NCBI GenBank assembly: GCA_000826855.1
Contig: JTLS01000047.1
Location: 1 to 37,905 of the forward strand
Origin: Basidioascus undulatus
Lineage: Eukaryota
Reading direction: 5' to 3'
Length of the DNA: 37,905 nt
How positions within the stretch are numbered: the stretch's first letter is position 1; each line of letters opens with the position of its first letter. Under the pieces are notes generated by a model. That model did no database searches, was not told the origin of the DNA, and was given only the letters and a program-made list of their open reading frames with translations. This document shows, piece after piece, positions 23,132 to 35,569 of this stretch. A program made the position numbers and the translations under genes.

Positions 23132-24038
23132 CATGCTTTCCTTAAGAAATCCCTTCTCAAGGACGTGCCAGCCAAAGTGAGCAAAAATGAAGGCAGACCA
23201 ACCAAGGCAGGAGGAGGGGGAGCAGCCCAAGTCAAGCAAGCCTGCAGAACAGGCTTCTATTATGATAGAATGCAAGAAATGTAGGAATTTGGGAATATTT
23301 ACTTCATTCATGCTCAAAAGGGACTGCTGCACGGCAACTGAATTATAAGGTGAGTGAGTCCAAAGCACGCAGAGCAAGGCTGAGTTGTGTACAGAAGTGG
23401 CAGGACCCTGGTTGCACAGAGAGCCTAGTCAAGTTTCAATTGTGAGGATTTTCCGTTTTCTTTGTTTTTCTGTATTATGTCCAGAAGACAGACATAGAGC
23501 ATGCTCGATAAAGGAGTCAGATGGTCTTGCCTCCATAGTGACAATGACGTCTGCAGAGGGCACAATGAGCTTCAGTGCAGGAATGGTACTCTAACATACA
23601 TTAAGAAGTATGTCCATGTAAATTCAGATTACGGCTCAAGGTGTGTGATGATCAGAAAGTGCGACTACTTACAACCCTGGAGTTTGAAGCCAGTGAAGTT
23701 CAGTCAAGAACCTTACAAAGTTGGCAGTTTGCTGTAGGTTCATGTAAGGTGAACAAGGCAGCTCCTCCTTGATTTGATAGGCCCTGCACATGAGATTTCG
23801 AGTCCTACCCTGATTACCGTCTTGAGTGCATTACTCAAGGCTGCACTGCATGTTATTACCATGCCAAAAATAAACGGTTTGGAATTATTTTTAAGTCCTG
23901 CCTTTTTGCAGTCTATGTCCCATTGAATTCAAGAAGCACACAAGAAGCAGATCTGGATCATAGTTTAAGATTCATCTGGCAACAACATCTTAAGTTTCCC
24001 TCCATCACTATACATTATAACTGAGCCATGGCTGCCTA

Positions 24039-27003
24039 TCAGAGTACATAAAGGAAGTCCTCGTTCTCCCTGTGATTCACACTGTCAGCCTCTGGAACGT
24101 GGTCTTTTCAGGCCCCCATGCTCAGCAACAAAATAGACTCGCCAGTCTGTCAAATCTAGGAAAGCCTTCTCATTCTCCTGCATATCCAGGGCATCCTGCG
24201 CCTCTTTCTCTCCTTCAACTCCTCCTGCACCAGCGGCTGATACCTGACGCTTCCGTGCTGCCTCCTTGATAGTCAAGATCGACCGGTCAACAGTGGCGGC
24301 GCTTTTTCCAAGATGCTTGCGCTTCCGCGCCTGCAGCTTGTTCAGATAGTGGAGGTAGAGGGCGGTGATGCTGGATAAGTTGACGAGAACATCAGAAAGA
24401 GCACTTGACATCCTCTGGGGCAGGAAAGAGAAAGCATGCAGCATCAGCCTTGACGCACCCAGCTACGACCGCCAGAGCACACCAGCATATAAGGCTGATG
24501 AGAGCAAGGAACTGTATCAGGACACTGGCAAAAATAGTACGCAATCTGAAAATATCATTACTAACCTGACAAGAAGGCCGTTGGTGTACCTTGGCTTATC
24601 TTCAGTTTTGTACATCAAAGGACCGACAATCTAATAGATCCAAATCGCGGTGAACTTCAGTGAGCGCAGACCACAAATGCAATACACACTCACATTTCCC
24701 ACACATTGAGCCACAAAGTACATTGCAGTCGTCACTGTCCGCTTGGTGTGGCCTGCAGTTACCGTAAGTCAGCCCCATGCTGTGTTTCTAGATGGGAATG
24801 AAACTTCTCACCACAAGCGTTTAAAGTGGCCCAGCCATCTGCAAAACACTTCCAATTGAGCGCAGCCTCAGCAAGTGTAAGAGGCTGGACACACAAAGAG
24901 TAGGCTGCAAAGCCCCAGAAACCATCATCTGTTGAGTTACCTCCATGTCAGGTACAGAAGATAAACGAAACAAACACCTTCTCCTTACGATAAAGTAGCA
25001 AGCCAACAGCGCCCCACGATCCTCAGGCTCGCGGCCAAGTTTCAGAAGAGCTGATGCACCAGCAATCGGGAAGAGACACAGGACACTGTAACGAAGACGC
25101 ACTAAACCATCAACAACAGCTACCAACATACGAGAAAAGGTGTACGCACATGACAATTGGATAGCGCAGTCTGATTTTGTTGATGAGCCATGCCGACAGA
25201 AGAATAGCCACTACAGACAGCACACCACCAGGCATGTTGAACAAGATCTGAAGAGAGATTGTCAGAAGGATACCGCACGGTGGAACCTCGGTCTCAACCA
25301 CCATACCGATTGGAACTGGTGTATAAGTGTCAGCTTGGACATCAGCTTGGGACGTGAAGAGAATCTTGAAGAGACATACTGAGTCAAAACCGAAGCCGGA
25401 GATGACGAGCGGCCCAAAGGCTCCAAGTCCACCACTCGGAAGCCTGAGGAGACAGATGGACTGGTAAGAGGAAGAGCACATGTCGTGTAGTGGAGCGGCT
25501 CACGCTACGAGGAAGAGAAGTGCAAACCACAGGTACGTCTTCGGGTCGATGAACGTCTCCCTGACTTGTGCCCATCTGATCAGCAGTTCAACCGCGTAAG
25601 CAAACAATACCACGCGTGTTATTTGAATAGCTGACGTGCTTCCACTCTTTTGACTCAGTCCCTGTGTTGTTGTCGCGAAGACGCTCAATTGCTTTAGCCT
25701 TGTCGTCATCGTTGAGGAACCGAGAGGTCTTGATAGAATTAGGTAATAGGAAGCTATGAATGTGTGCTTAGATCAGTGGCATTCACATGTACAGAAGCCA
25801 TCAGCCTTAAGCGCACACGACAAGCGGTACAAACCCGATGGTAATGCAGCCGCAGAACAGGAAGATACGCTTTCATGGTCCCAAACAGCGTTTGCGTCAG
25901 CGTTATCCTTTCACTTTCGCCTGTCATGAAGGGTACTCACCTGGTATGCCTTCAGTGAGCTCTGAATGTGCCCGATTCCATAGGCCAGAAGAGATCCGAA
26001 CTGCCATAGTCACGGCGGGTCAGGTCCATCTTTCATGCGTGGAAACCACTCAGGACCTTGAGCACGCACAATGGTTGTGAAGCCGTTTGCAGCCTGCCAT
26101 GCTGCGACGCGGTAGGTCTGCTCCCGTCGACGCCACCACATCTGGAGCAAGAAAGTACCAAACTGAGATTCATTGTTCGAACGTCAGGGCAGGAGTACTC
26201 ACGTTGGTGATTGCCAGGAAAGACGGAGCTGTAAAGTGTACTGTCAGCCCGGTTGTTGAGAAATCTCTGAATCTCTGTAAGACAACTTGCCTACGGTTGC
26301 CTCGAAGATGCCGAGGAAAACTCTGGCAGTCAAGAGAGTGCTGAAGCTCTTGGCCGAAGCGGACGCCGCGACTGTGATGCCCCATAACAGTGTATTGGCG
26401 GTGACCCATTTGGCGATAGGGAAGCGTACGATGGCGTAGGAAGACAGAGGTTGAAAGACGAGCTGGACTCTTGAATAAGCCAATGCGTTTGCGGCCCGAA
26501 GTGCCTGGCGGCTATACCAACACTCACCTGCGCAACGTAGACGCACGAGCTCAACCAGCTATACTGGGTCCCGACCAGCCCAGTCTCTTCGACGATGCCG
26601 AAGACCTAATAGCGCGAGGACCCCGCATCAGTACGGCCCTTTCTCTCGGTTGCTGTGCACGCACAGAAGTATAGCCGACACTCGATTTGTCAAGCTGTCA
26701 AGTAACGTTAGCGGACATGCACAAAAAAAAACTCGAAGCTGGACTCACTTGCTGAAGGGCGTAAACAATGATGAGGGCAGGCAAGACCCAGCGGTCGATC
26801 CGACGCACGATGCGCCGGTTGTCCTCCGGAGACACATCGACGCGACCGCCAACTTGAGCGAGTACTTCTGCTGCTGCGTCAAGGGCGCCGGTAACTGGTA
26901 GTGAATGATGAACCTGAGAATTGAGTACCGAATCCTTGTACTCTGGGCCCGCTGCTTCGACGTGCTCGATGACGTTTTTGACCTCGTCAGACCTGTTGCT
27001 CAT
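24039..27003 (-). CDS. MFS permease of the allantoate permease (Dal5)/anion:cation symporter family, 21 exons
   Basis: Spliced product MSNRSDEVK...RIVRRIDRWVLPALIIVYALQQ|LDKSSVGYTS|VFGI...QYSWLSS...ARVFLGIFEATV|APSF...|MWWRRREQ...AIERLRDNNTG...EWKWAQVRETFIDPKTYLW...GFGFDS|FQS|ILFNMPGG...GHTKRTV...GN|IVGP...AFLDLTDW|ENEDFLYVL*. These are hallmark Dal5-family motifs, and the frame stays intact over 20 introns. Confidence 0.93.
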
Positions 27004-27385
27004 TTCGGTGAGAGAAACAGTGGGTGAAGGCGGGATGCAATGGGGGAACAAGCTCCTCTTTCCTCTTAAGTGCGTCTCGTTACTCTCAGCTGCTATCTTC
27101 TGTAGTAGATCAGCTGAGGGCCCAAGTTACCCTTCTGTTTCCTGTCAGAAGTTGGACGGCGCAGTCCGACGCAACAACTGTCCGTCTCCGGAACGCCATC
27201 GCGACCGCTTTATGCCCTGCCAAGCATCCCAAACGGTATAAAGAAATAAGTGAAGCACCTCACAGAACCAGCTCAGCTGTGGCACTCTGGACGAGAAAGG
27301 AAGCAGCCAAGGACAGCAAGACGCCCTTGTGACCATTAGACAGTCGCTCAGAGGGTGCATCGGCTGCATGAGGGGCAGATCTCGT

Positions 27386-27490
27386 GATACACGATAAAAC
27401 ATCTCGCTAAAATGATTCTGAGACTCTGATAAGAAAATGTCTCTATCAGGACTTCGGCGAGTAATTACCCCGAGCGGGGCAACCGGCCCG
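27386..27490. promoter_or_regulatory. Candidate regulatory cluster in the shared divergent promoter (GATA sites; CGG-N12-CCG)
   Basis: GATAA at 27393, GATAAG at 27428, CTATC at 27443, and TCGG-CGAGTAATTACC-CCGA at 27454-27473 with a central GTAATTAC palindrome. All are short motifs that could occur by chance. Confidence 0.3.
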
Positions 27491-27623
27491 CTCACTGCGC
27501 GGCAGGTCATACGGCTAGCAGCGGCAACGTCCACTTACCCTTCGAGTGTTTCCAGCGTACAACGACCAACCTTCTCCCAACAACCAGCAAACGAAGCTCG
27601 CCAGGCAGCACTCCCCAACGACC

Positions 27624-29370
27624 ATGGCCGTCGAACGACCTTCCTCCCGCATCGCCCTCGTCGGGACCGGCTCCCGCGGGCTCATGTTCCTGCGCGGCAT
27701 CGCCGAACGCCCAGCTGTTTCGATCGTCGCGCTCTGCGAGCCCAACGCCGTGCGGGCCGAGTACTACCAGGGCGAGCTCGAGCGCCTCAACCAGGACCGC
27801 GTCCCCGTCTACCCGCCCGACCGCTTCGAGGAGATGCTCGCGAAGGAGCGGGTCGACACGGTCGTGGTCACTTGCGTTGACGCCCTGCACGACGTTTACA
27901 GCGTGCCTGCACTCGAGGCCGGAGGTACGTCAAGTGTCTATAGGTACTGTTGGGAGCGAATTGATCAGGCTTCGCAGTGCGCGTCGTCACTGAGAAGCCC
28001 ATGACGACCGACGTCGACAAGTGCCGGCGCATCAACGAGGCGGCGCAGCGCACTGGGAACCACCTCACGGTGACCTTCAACTACCGCTACAACCCGGTGC
28101 ACGAGGAAGTCAAGCGGCAGATCGCTTCGGGCACAATTGGCAATGGCAAGTCGGCAACTAAAGGCTCGTCGTAGAATAAGAAACTCACGCAGTGTCGAAA
28201 CAGTCTTGAGCGTCCACTTCGAATGGCTACTCGATACCGTTCACGGTAGCGATTACTACAAAAGGTCAGTGACACCTAGTTCTCTTGAACTGCATTTCCT
28301 CAGTGACGTCGCCGTCGATCCAGATGGCACCGCCAGAGAGACAACTCCGGCGGTCTGATGGTCCACAAGAGCGGGCACCACTTCGATCTCGTATGCTTTT
28401 GTACTTTTCCCGACTTCTGCGGCTGAATTAAAGTCTGTTTCAAAGGTCAACTGGTGGCTCGACGCTGCCCCCCTCGAAGTAGCCGGCATGGGCCGCCTCG
28501 CCTTCTACGGCGCGGAAGCAGGGAAGAAGCATGGGTGGGCGAAGGCCTACGAGCGGGCTCGGGGGAGCGCGGAGGCCAAAGACGACCCGTTCGCGATCCA
28601 CCTCGACGAGGACGAGACGTTGAAGAAGCTGTATGGCGATGCGGAAGGCGAGGATGGGTATCATCGGGACCAGAACGTACGTTACATGGCTGTGACTAGA
28701 TTTTCGCGAGCTCACAAAGCAAAGACAGGTCTTTGCTCCCGGCATCACCATCGAAGACGATATGAGCGTGCTCGTGCGGTATGACAACGGCGCTACAATG
28801 ACCTACCATCTCGTGCGTTTATACCTGCGCTCCCCTGCTCTCCGCAAAGTTCCATTGAAACTTACTCGCGTTCGACACAGACTGCGTACTCGCCGTGGGA
28901 GGTAGGGTGTTAAAACTCTCAATTTCTCACTGCTTGACTGAAACTTATCGAAACAGGGCTACCGCGTCATGTTCAACGGCAGCCACGGCCGCCTTGAGCT
29001 CGAAGTCGTCGAGTGCGCCTACCGCCTCCCGAATAGCCCTCTCCTCTCCGGCGGGCAAGTTCACGGCAAAGAGCCGCTCCCGAACGCCGGGCACTCGCGA
29101 ATCACCCTCCGCCCGCTCTGGGCGACCCCTCGCGACATCCCCGTCAAGGTCGAGCACGGCGACCACGGCGGGGGAGACCGCCGCATGCTGAGCGTCTTGT
29201 TCGGGCCTAAGCCGGGGGAGGAGGTAGATACGGGGGACGCGGCGAAGCAGGCTGCAACCGAGAGGGACGGCACGAACGCTCTGGCTGTGGGTTTGGCGGC
29301 CAACGTGAGCTTTAAGGAGGGCCGGTTTGTGAGGATTGAGGAGTTGGGCCTGTACGGGGGATCGGTCTGA
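27624..29370 (+). CDS. Gfo/Idh/MocA-family NAD(P)-dependent oxidoreductase (YteT-like), 8 exons
   Basis: [19 protein letters not shown] (Rossmann fold), ...VVTEKPM (EKP motif), ...VTFNYRYNP...[50 protein letters not shown]...[11 protein letters not shown]...[20 protein letters not shown]...HGGGD. Seven introns; stop at 29370. Confidence 0.93.
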
Positions 29371-30246
29371 GCGTAAATTAAAGATGAATGGGCTGTGTGT
29401 CTGAGATATAAATGTGTTATAGTCTGCTTTAAAACGGGGCTCGGTGTCTGCAGTACCTCCGCACACCCACAAGCATACTAGTTCGGCTACACCCCTCGCT
29501 GGCTACCATTATCTCGAAAGGATGCCTGATTGAAGATACGATTGGGCAGTTTGGTAGTACATGGCTAATCCTGTGCATATTTTGCTTGAAAAATGAAAGA
29601 GACGCGTTTTCGAGCTTGCTGCCAATCGTTAATAACGCAGTGCAGTTTCAATCGCTGCGAGGGGTCAGGACAGCCGGTTCACTTCTGCCGCACCAGACCG
29701 CAAACTAACGATCAAAAACACTCTATGCAAATATCCTTTTTCAGGAAGAACGAGCCCTTAACGAACATTGGGCGGCGCAGTCTTGCGCACTGCACTCGTG
29801 GCAGTGTGGCACCCGCGGATTCGCCATGGACCGGCTGCGCATGCGACTGTCCCCACACTTGACGCGGGCCTTGAGATTCAACCACCATCTTCATTTCCGC
29901 ACTTTTCTTCCTTTGCCGGACATTATTGTGGGACCATTTTTAGGTGCGTTGTATTTGCCTGCATGTGATATGTTGGCTGTATAAACGGCAGAAGGACGAT
30001 GCGGAGCTGGGACGTGGACTGGGCACGTCTTGGGCACTGCTTCGCTGTGCACCTGCTGTACGCTGCAGAGGGGCGGGTCTTCATTATCTGTCCTGCGTGG
30101 AAGATAGTTATTATTGTTATTATTGCATTATGATATGGAAACCCGCTGGGGCGCAGATCGTGGGGGCTCTGCGTTATATCTGGCATCACAGCCCACGATC
30201 CCCGACCGAAGCTGACCCTCAACCGCAACACCACAGTCTCGCCAGC

Positions 30247-33200
30247 ATGTTCCGACTCCCATCGCTCCCCTCGCTCCCGCTCCAGGTTCCGGGGCTTTCA
30301 TCCGAGCCACCAAAGCTCGCGTTCCGCAACGTGCCAGATGGACTGGCGCGGCTATCGCAGCAGGTCCGTCTGTCGTTCGAAGGGTCTGCTGGGTGCTATT
30401 CTGAAAACTCGTGGGCTGTTCTGGAGCGTAGGAGATCTCCCGGGACAATACAGCGTACTGGAAGCAGTACTGGGTGCTGTTCGACTCGGCGGAGGAAGTC
30501 AATACGCTTATCACGCCGCAAGACAGTGCGTGCGCCCCGCTCATCAGTGTCCCTCTCTTGGCTCACATCACCCTCCTTCGCAGTCCGGAATGCTCTACAA
30601 ATCAACCCCATCAACATTCGCACTCTCCTGACCGTCCTCATCGCGCACTTCGTCTCCCTCATCCGCTCGCCGATCTTCCCCGCATCCGCACCCGCATCTT
30701 CCGCCCTGCCCATCCCCTCCTGGCGCTCAGCGTCGGCCGAAGAGGACGAGACTCGGGCCGCGCTCAACTGCGCGCGCGTCATTGCGCGCATCCTACCCGT
30801 GATCTGGGAGGACGAGGGCGAGTGGGGTCGGTGGCTGTGGGAGGGGGGCGAGGAGATTGCGCACCCGGCGGAGGCGGGCGAGGAGGACGGGGAGGGCCAG
30901 TTCGTGATCGATGATGAGGATGAGGAGGCTGGGGAGGAGACAGCCGCGAAGGAGGAGGGAAGGCAGGAGGAGCCGACGAGGAGCGCGCCGAGCCCGATGG
31001 TGCAGCTGTTGGACGCCCTCGTCGATGGTCTGTTCCACGCTGGCTTCACCTTGCCGGCCGACGCGGCTGAGGGACTGTCCAGGACGTCATACATCATCTG
31101 GTGCGCTTAGATTCTCACATCCATCTTCTCTTCCCCCAGCTCACACACTCGTCACAGGGCCTCCGGCGTTGGCTCCTCCCTCACGCCCGACTCGTCCGGC
31201 CCCATACCGACGCACCGCTCTACCGTCCTCCTCACGCTCCTCTCCGCGCTGTCCCACCCGCTCTACACGACCCCTCCTCGCCTCACGCAGCAGCCGTCCC
31301 CAACGCTCGCGCACCTCTGTCGCCTCCCGCGCAAGACGTACCTCGCGCTCCTCTGCTCGCTGCTCAACACAGCGCTCACGCCCCCCGCGGCGCGGTACAT
31401 CGGCCAGGTCTCGCGGGAGGAAGACACCCTGCCGCAGCGTGCGGCGCAGACGCTCCTCGTCCTCCTGTGCCAGGAGGGCGAGGCGCTGGAGCCGAACGTC
31501 TACCAAAAGGCGCTCGCGAAGCTCCACCGCGCGCAGGACTTTGAGTTCGTGCTCGAGGGCATCAGGGGCGCGCTGGACGCGGAGGCGGCCAAGGGCGGGC
31601 TCGTCAATTCTGTGGGGAAGGCGGTGCCTGTGGGGCGGAGGGCTAGCGGACCCGGCGCCCTCGAGGCGTGGCTTCTGGCTTGGCGGTTCGTGGACCTCAA
31701 CAAGGTGCGTCTAGCGTTTGAGCATTGCGGTACATTCCGCTCCGTGATGCTGACTGCAGCCCCCTGTTTGCTATCAGAAATTCACGAACCACCTCCTCTC
31801 CTCCACGCATCTCCTCCCGCTGCTCTCGCACCTCCTCACGACCCTGACGACCTACAAAGACTCGCCCCCACACTTCGCGCTCCTCCGCACGCTCTCGTAC
31901 CTCCTCCAGTCCCTCACCTCCCACCGCGCGCTGTCCTCCACCCTGTCCTCGTCCCCCCTCCCGCACAGCACCGCGACGCGCGCGAGCGACGCGCTCGTCA
32001 GCGCCGTGTACGCGCTCATCGCGAGCACGAACGGGCAGCACGCGGGCCTGTACCAGCCGCTGCTCATCAGCCTCGCGAACGTCGCGCCGTACGTCAAGTC
32101 CCTCAGCGTCCAGAGCTCGAGCAGGCTCGTCGCCCTCTTTCAGGCGTTCGCGAGCCCGCAGTTCTTGATTGCAGATGAGGGGAATCCACGATGCGTGTTC
32201 TGGATGTGCGTAACTTTGACCTCTTCCTCGCTCTTGTTCGACTTGGCCAGTAGACCGACCTGTCCAATCAATTTCCAGGCTGGAGTTCTTCACGCACATT
32301 ATCCACCACCAGTTCTCCGGTGCGCTTCTTTTCACCCTCCTCCTCTCTCCAATTGACACATCTAGCGGCGATCTCGCCCCCCCCAGACAATCCCAACCTC
32401 ATCTATGCCGTCCTGCGCACCCACGAGCGCTTCCAAGCCCTCGCGACCTTCACGCTCTCCGGCGCGCTGTCCGAGATCGCCCGCGCCAAAGCAGCGAAAG
32501 AGGAGCACTTGCGACGCACGGGCGCTCTCTCGCCGGACCGGAAGAACTCGCTCACGGCCGTCGAAGAGTCGTCGACGCCGCCGATGGCCGCGGCGACGGA
32601 GGAGGAGGCGAGCGAGCGCTCGGCGCGCGAGGAGAAGGAGCGTGTGCGGGAGAGGGAGGGGACCCTCGCTGCTGCGGAGGCAGCACCGGAGCAGCAGCAG
32701 CAGCAGCCCGCTGTATCGCCGTCGCCGCAGCCGAGCGAGCTGAGCGAGAAGGCGCGCGGGAAGCTCAGGGAGCGCAGCGCGTCGGTCGGGTCTATCGCGA
32801 GTCTGGGTGGGCTTGGGGCGGCGAGCGCGAATGCGAGCGGCATCCTTGGGCTGGAGAGCCCCACTGGCTTCGTCGCGACGGAAGAGTGGGTGCGGTCGTG
32901 GGTCCAGGGCCTGCCGCTCGACTCGATATTGATCGCCATCTCTGAGGTGGGTTGTCTTCCTCTCCCACAAATCATCGCACGGAGTGAAACTGACATTGCG
33001 AACCGGCCTGTACGTCAGCTGCTTCCCAAGATCCAAGACTCGCGCACGCCCTCAAGCGCCACCGCCTTCCTGTCCTCCGCAACCCTCGTCGGCGTCCTGC
33101 CTCCTGCCCCGCCGATCCTCCCCCGCCGCTTCCAGTGGACAGAGCAAAGCGAAGTTTGGCGCGCAAGCCTGCTCTGGGGCCAGATCTACGTTGCCAGCGG

Positions 33201-33504
33201 ACCAAGCCAAGGCCCCTGGGCAGCAACTCAGATCCGTCTTTTCGGCATCAAGGTGTGTGCTGCGTGGGCGCTTCAGTCTGCCGGTGCCGGAGACTGACTC
33301 GGCTGGATCCTTCTGCTTTTCTAGCAAGCGCCCCTCAGCCGTCGGGATCAGGCGATCGCAAACGTTACGAACGCGATGGGCAGCATGTGGAGCGCTGTGG
33401 GCGGCCAAGGCAGGAGGCCGAGCAGGCAGGGCTCAGGCCAGGGCGGCCTGCTTGGAAGCCCGCCTCAGAGGCGGGGGAGCCGAGAGGGCGAGGGGACGCT
33501 GTGA
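30247..33504 (+). CDS. HID1: HID1/Ecm30 (Dymeclin-related) Golgi/trafficking protein
   Basis: MFRLPSL...KLAFR...YWKQYWVLFDSAEEVNTLITPQD|IRNAL...NIRTL...ALNCARVIARILPVIWE...LFHAGFTLP...YIIW|ASGVG...LISLANVAPYVKSLSVQSSSRLVALFQAFASPQFLIADEGNPR...NPNLIYAVLR...FVATEEWVRSWVQGLPLD...LLWGQIY...WAATQIRLFGIK. Last exon 33325-33504. Confidence 0.9.
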
Positions 33505-34015
33505 GCGCAGGTGGCCGTTGGGTTTGAGTGCATGCACGCCTTTTGGTTAGACTGGTGCGAGGGTGCTTTGTAAGAGACAACCCGGCCCGGGCATGAGCTG
33601 GACAAGGAGCAGCTGATTTTTTTGGCGGGCGTTACAAGTCGGGAGGGCCGCCATTGAGGAAGGGCCGGCGTGGCAGAGCCACCTGTGGGCGAGTTGTCGG
33701 CGACTTCGAAACCATTCCGCTATCGTCGGCCTCAAGCGAGCCTTAAATCTCGGCGATCTCGTCAATGGCACCCGTCAGCCGCAACAAAAGTTTTGCAGAA
33801 AAAGAGCAAAGAGGTGGTTGCTCATAAAGGATGCAGTTAACGGCGGCAAGAAATGCACCGCTGGCGTGTTTGGCAAGATCGCTCCGCGAAGTCCGCCGAG
33901 GAGCCCATTTTTGAGTCGTGACAGCGAACGCAAGTTTTTTCCCTACGTTCATCATCGTGTCACTCGGCAACTCAGTCGTACCCCCCTTACAGTACACCAC
34001 CCACACCTCACCGCA

Positions 34016-35430
34016 ATGCTTTCATCGCTTCCTGTCGAGACCCTCGGTCATATTGTTTCCTTCATTGCTGAGCCCGCTCACCCTCTGGCTTACGGCTACC
34101 CTCGTCTCTCGCGCCGTCAGGCAAATCACCCTCCCTCACCTGCATAGCACACACTCGATCAGAGCTCGATTGCTGAAGACATTCGCTTCGTCCTCTTGGT
34201 AGGCTTATACAACGTCTCTCGCGCTCTGGGACTCCGCGGATCATGTATGTGGCGGTTCCAGCGTCGAAGCTCCGTCCCCATACGAGCTAGAGGTGTTCGT
34301 GCACTCGATAAATACTGCCAGCCCGTCACTTCGTAGACTTGTCGTCTTTGACTGCACCGACGGCCTCCCGTTTCCGGCCCGAAACCAGTTGCAGTGGGAC
34401 CATCTGCTCAATAGCTTGGACAGACTCGATCTCGAAGAGCTTGGGATAGGTCTCTTGTGTTACGAACACCAATCAGCCGACATCAAGCGCTTCATTCACA
34501 CTTGGAGCTGGATCTCGCTCGACCCGTTCGCGAGGAGTCTTTCACCGCCTCTGTGTCACAGGCGGCATTTTTGATGAGGAGAGGTCGCTTGGCCTTGCTA
34601 GATTTGAAGTGCTCACCACCCTCGCTCTAGCTTTCTACTTACTCGAACTCAGCCGCTCTCGCCATCGTCCTTCTTGAGCTGCCTTGCCTGAAGCGGTTTA
34701 TCATCGTCACCGTCGCCGAAGTGGCTCCGCGTGTTGAGCTGGAGGTTTTCAACCAAACACTTAAAGGAAGCCACTCGGACCTCTCTGTTTGGCCGCACTT
34801 GTCTTATAAGCCTGTAGGCGGAGTGGGAGGACGAACCTAAGTGCCAGCCTTTGCGACGGGACACTTTGGGAGGTGAAGGGTGTTCAGATTGAGAAGTGGT
34901 TGACTGAAGCGTGATGTATCAGCGAATGTGCATGGACGGTTGACTCTGCAGCCACGTTGCAGCGTCCCTTGAGCAAGTAAACTTATAGCATCCCGTTGTA
35001 AAAGGCTTGTCTAGACCGCCTGAGCGCTTGAACATTCTTCACAACGGCTGACAGCCATACAGAACCCCATCGTCTGGCGCCGCTACTAAGCGACTGGCGT
35101 TGACAGCCCCATTTTCAGCATTACTCCCCACATGAGGACGGATGTTCAAGCAAACCTTAGCTTACATTTGCTCTTACAGAGAGCTGTCTTCCCTCTCCAT
35201 CGAGACACACACACACATCGTTTCCTACGGCTCTGAACCAGCTCGCCAGCTCGCCCACCTTTTTGACGCGCTGGACAGTCTCCTCACACTCACACTATAT
35301 CCAGCGCCTTCGGGCAGGCGAACTCCCTCACACTTATCACAAACTTGCACTTTAAGCTCCGGTACCCGAAGCGTTGCAACCCCCCGCGCACTTCTTGAGG
35401 GCTACAGGCCTCTCTCCCTGTGGTGTCACT
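34016..35430 (+). pseudogene. Frameshifted F-box-like/LRR gene, paralogue of the one at 3511
   Basis: MLSSLPVETLGHIVSFIAEPAHPLAY continues in another frame as ATLVSRAVRQITLPHLHS. Scattered LRR-like fragments follow (SLRRLVV, LDLEELGI, ELSSLSI, LDSLLTLTL), separated by stops. The 3' boundary is approximate. Confidence 0.6.
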
Positions 35431-35569
35431 AGGCTGGTCATGGCATGGCCGCGAAGGGCAACACTCCTTAGGGTACCACAGTCCTGCATGCTCTTAGGGC
35501 TGAAATGTGGGACAGAAAGGCAATTACATCGTGCGTGACATATGGAGCTTTGTCAATGCTTCGCGAGTC

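Noticed and set aside
22985..23377. 130-aa ORF spanning the tRNA
   Set aside because: It reads through the tRNA gene and CpG-depleted non-coding DNA, with no coding signature.
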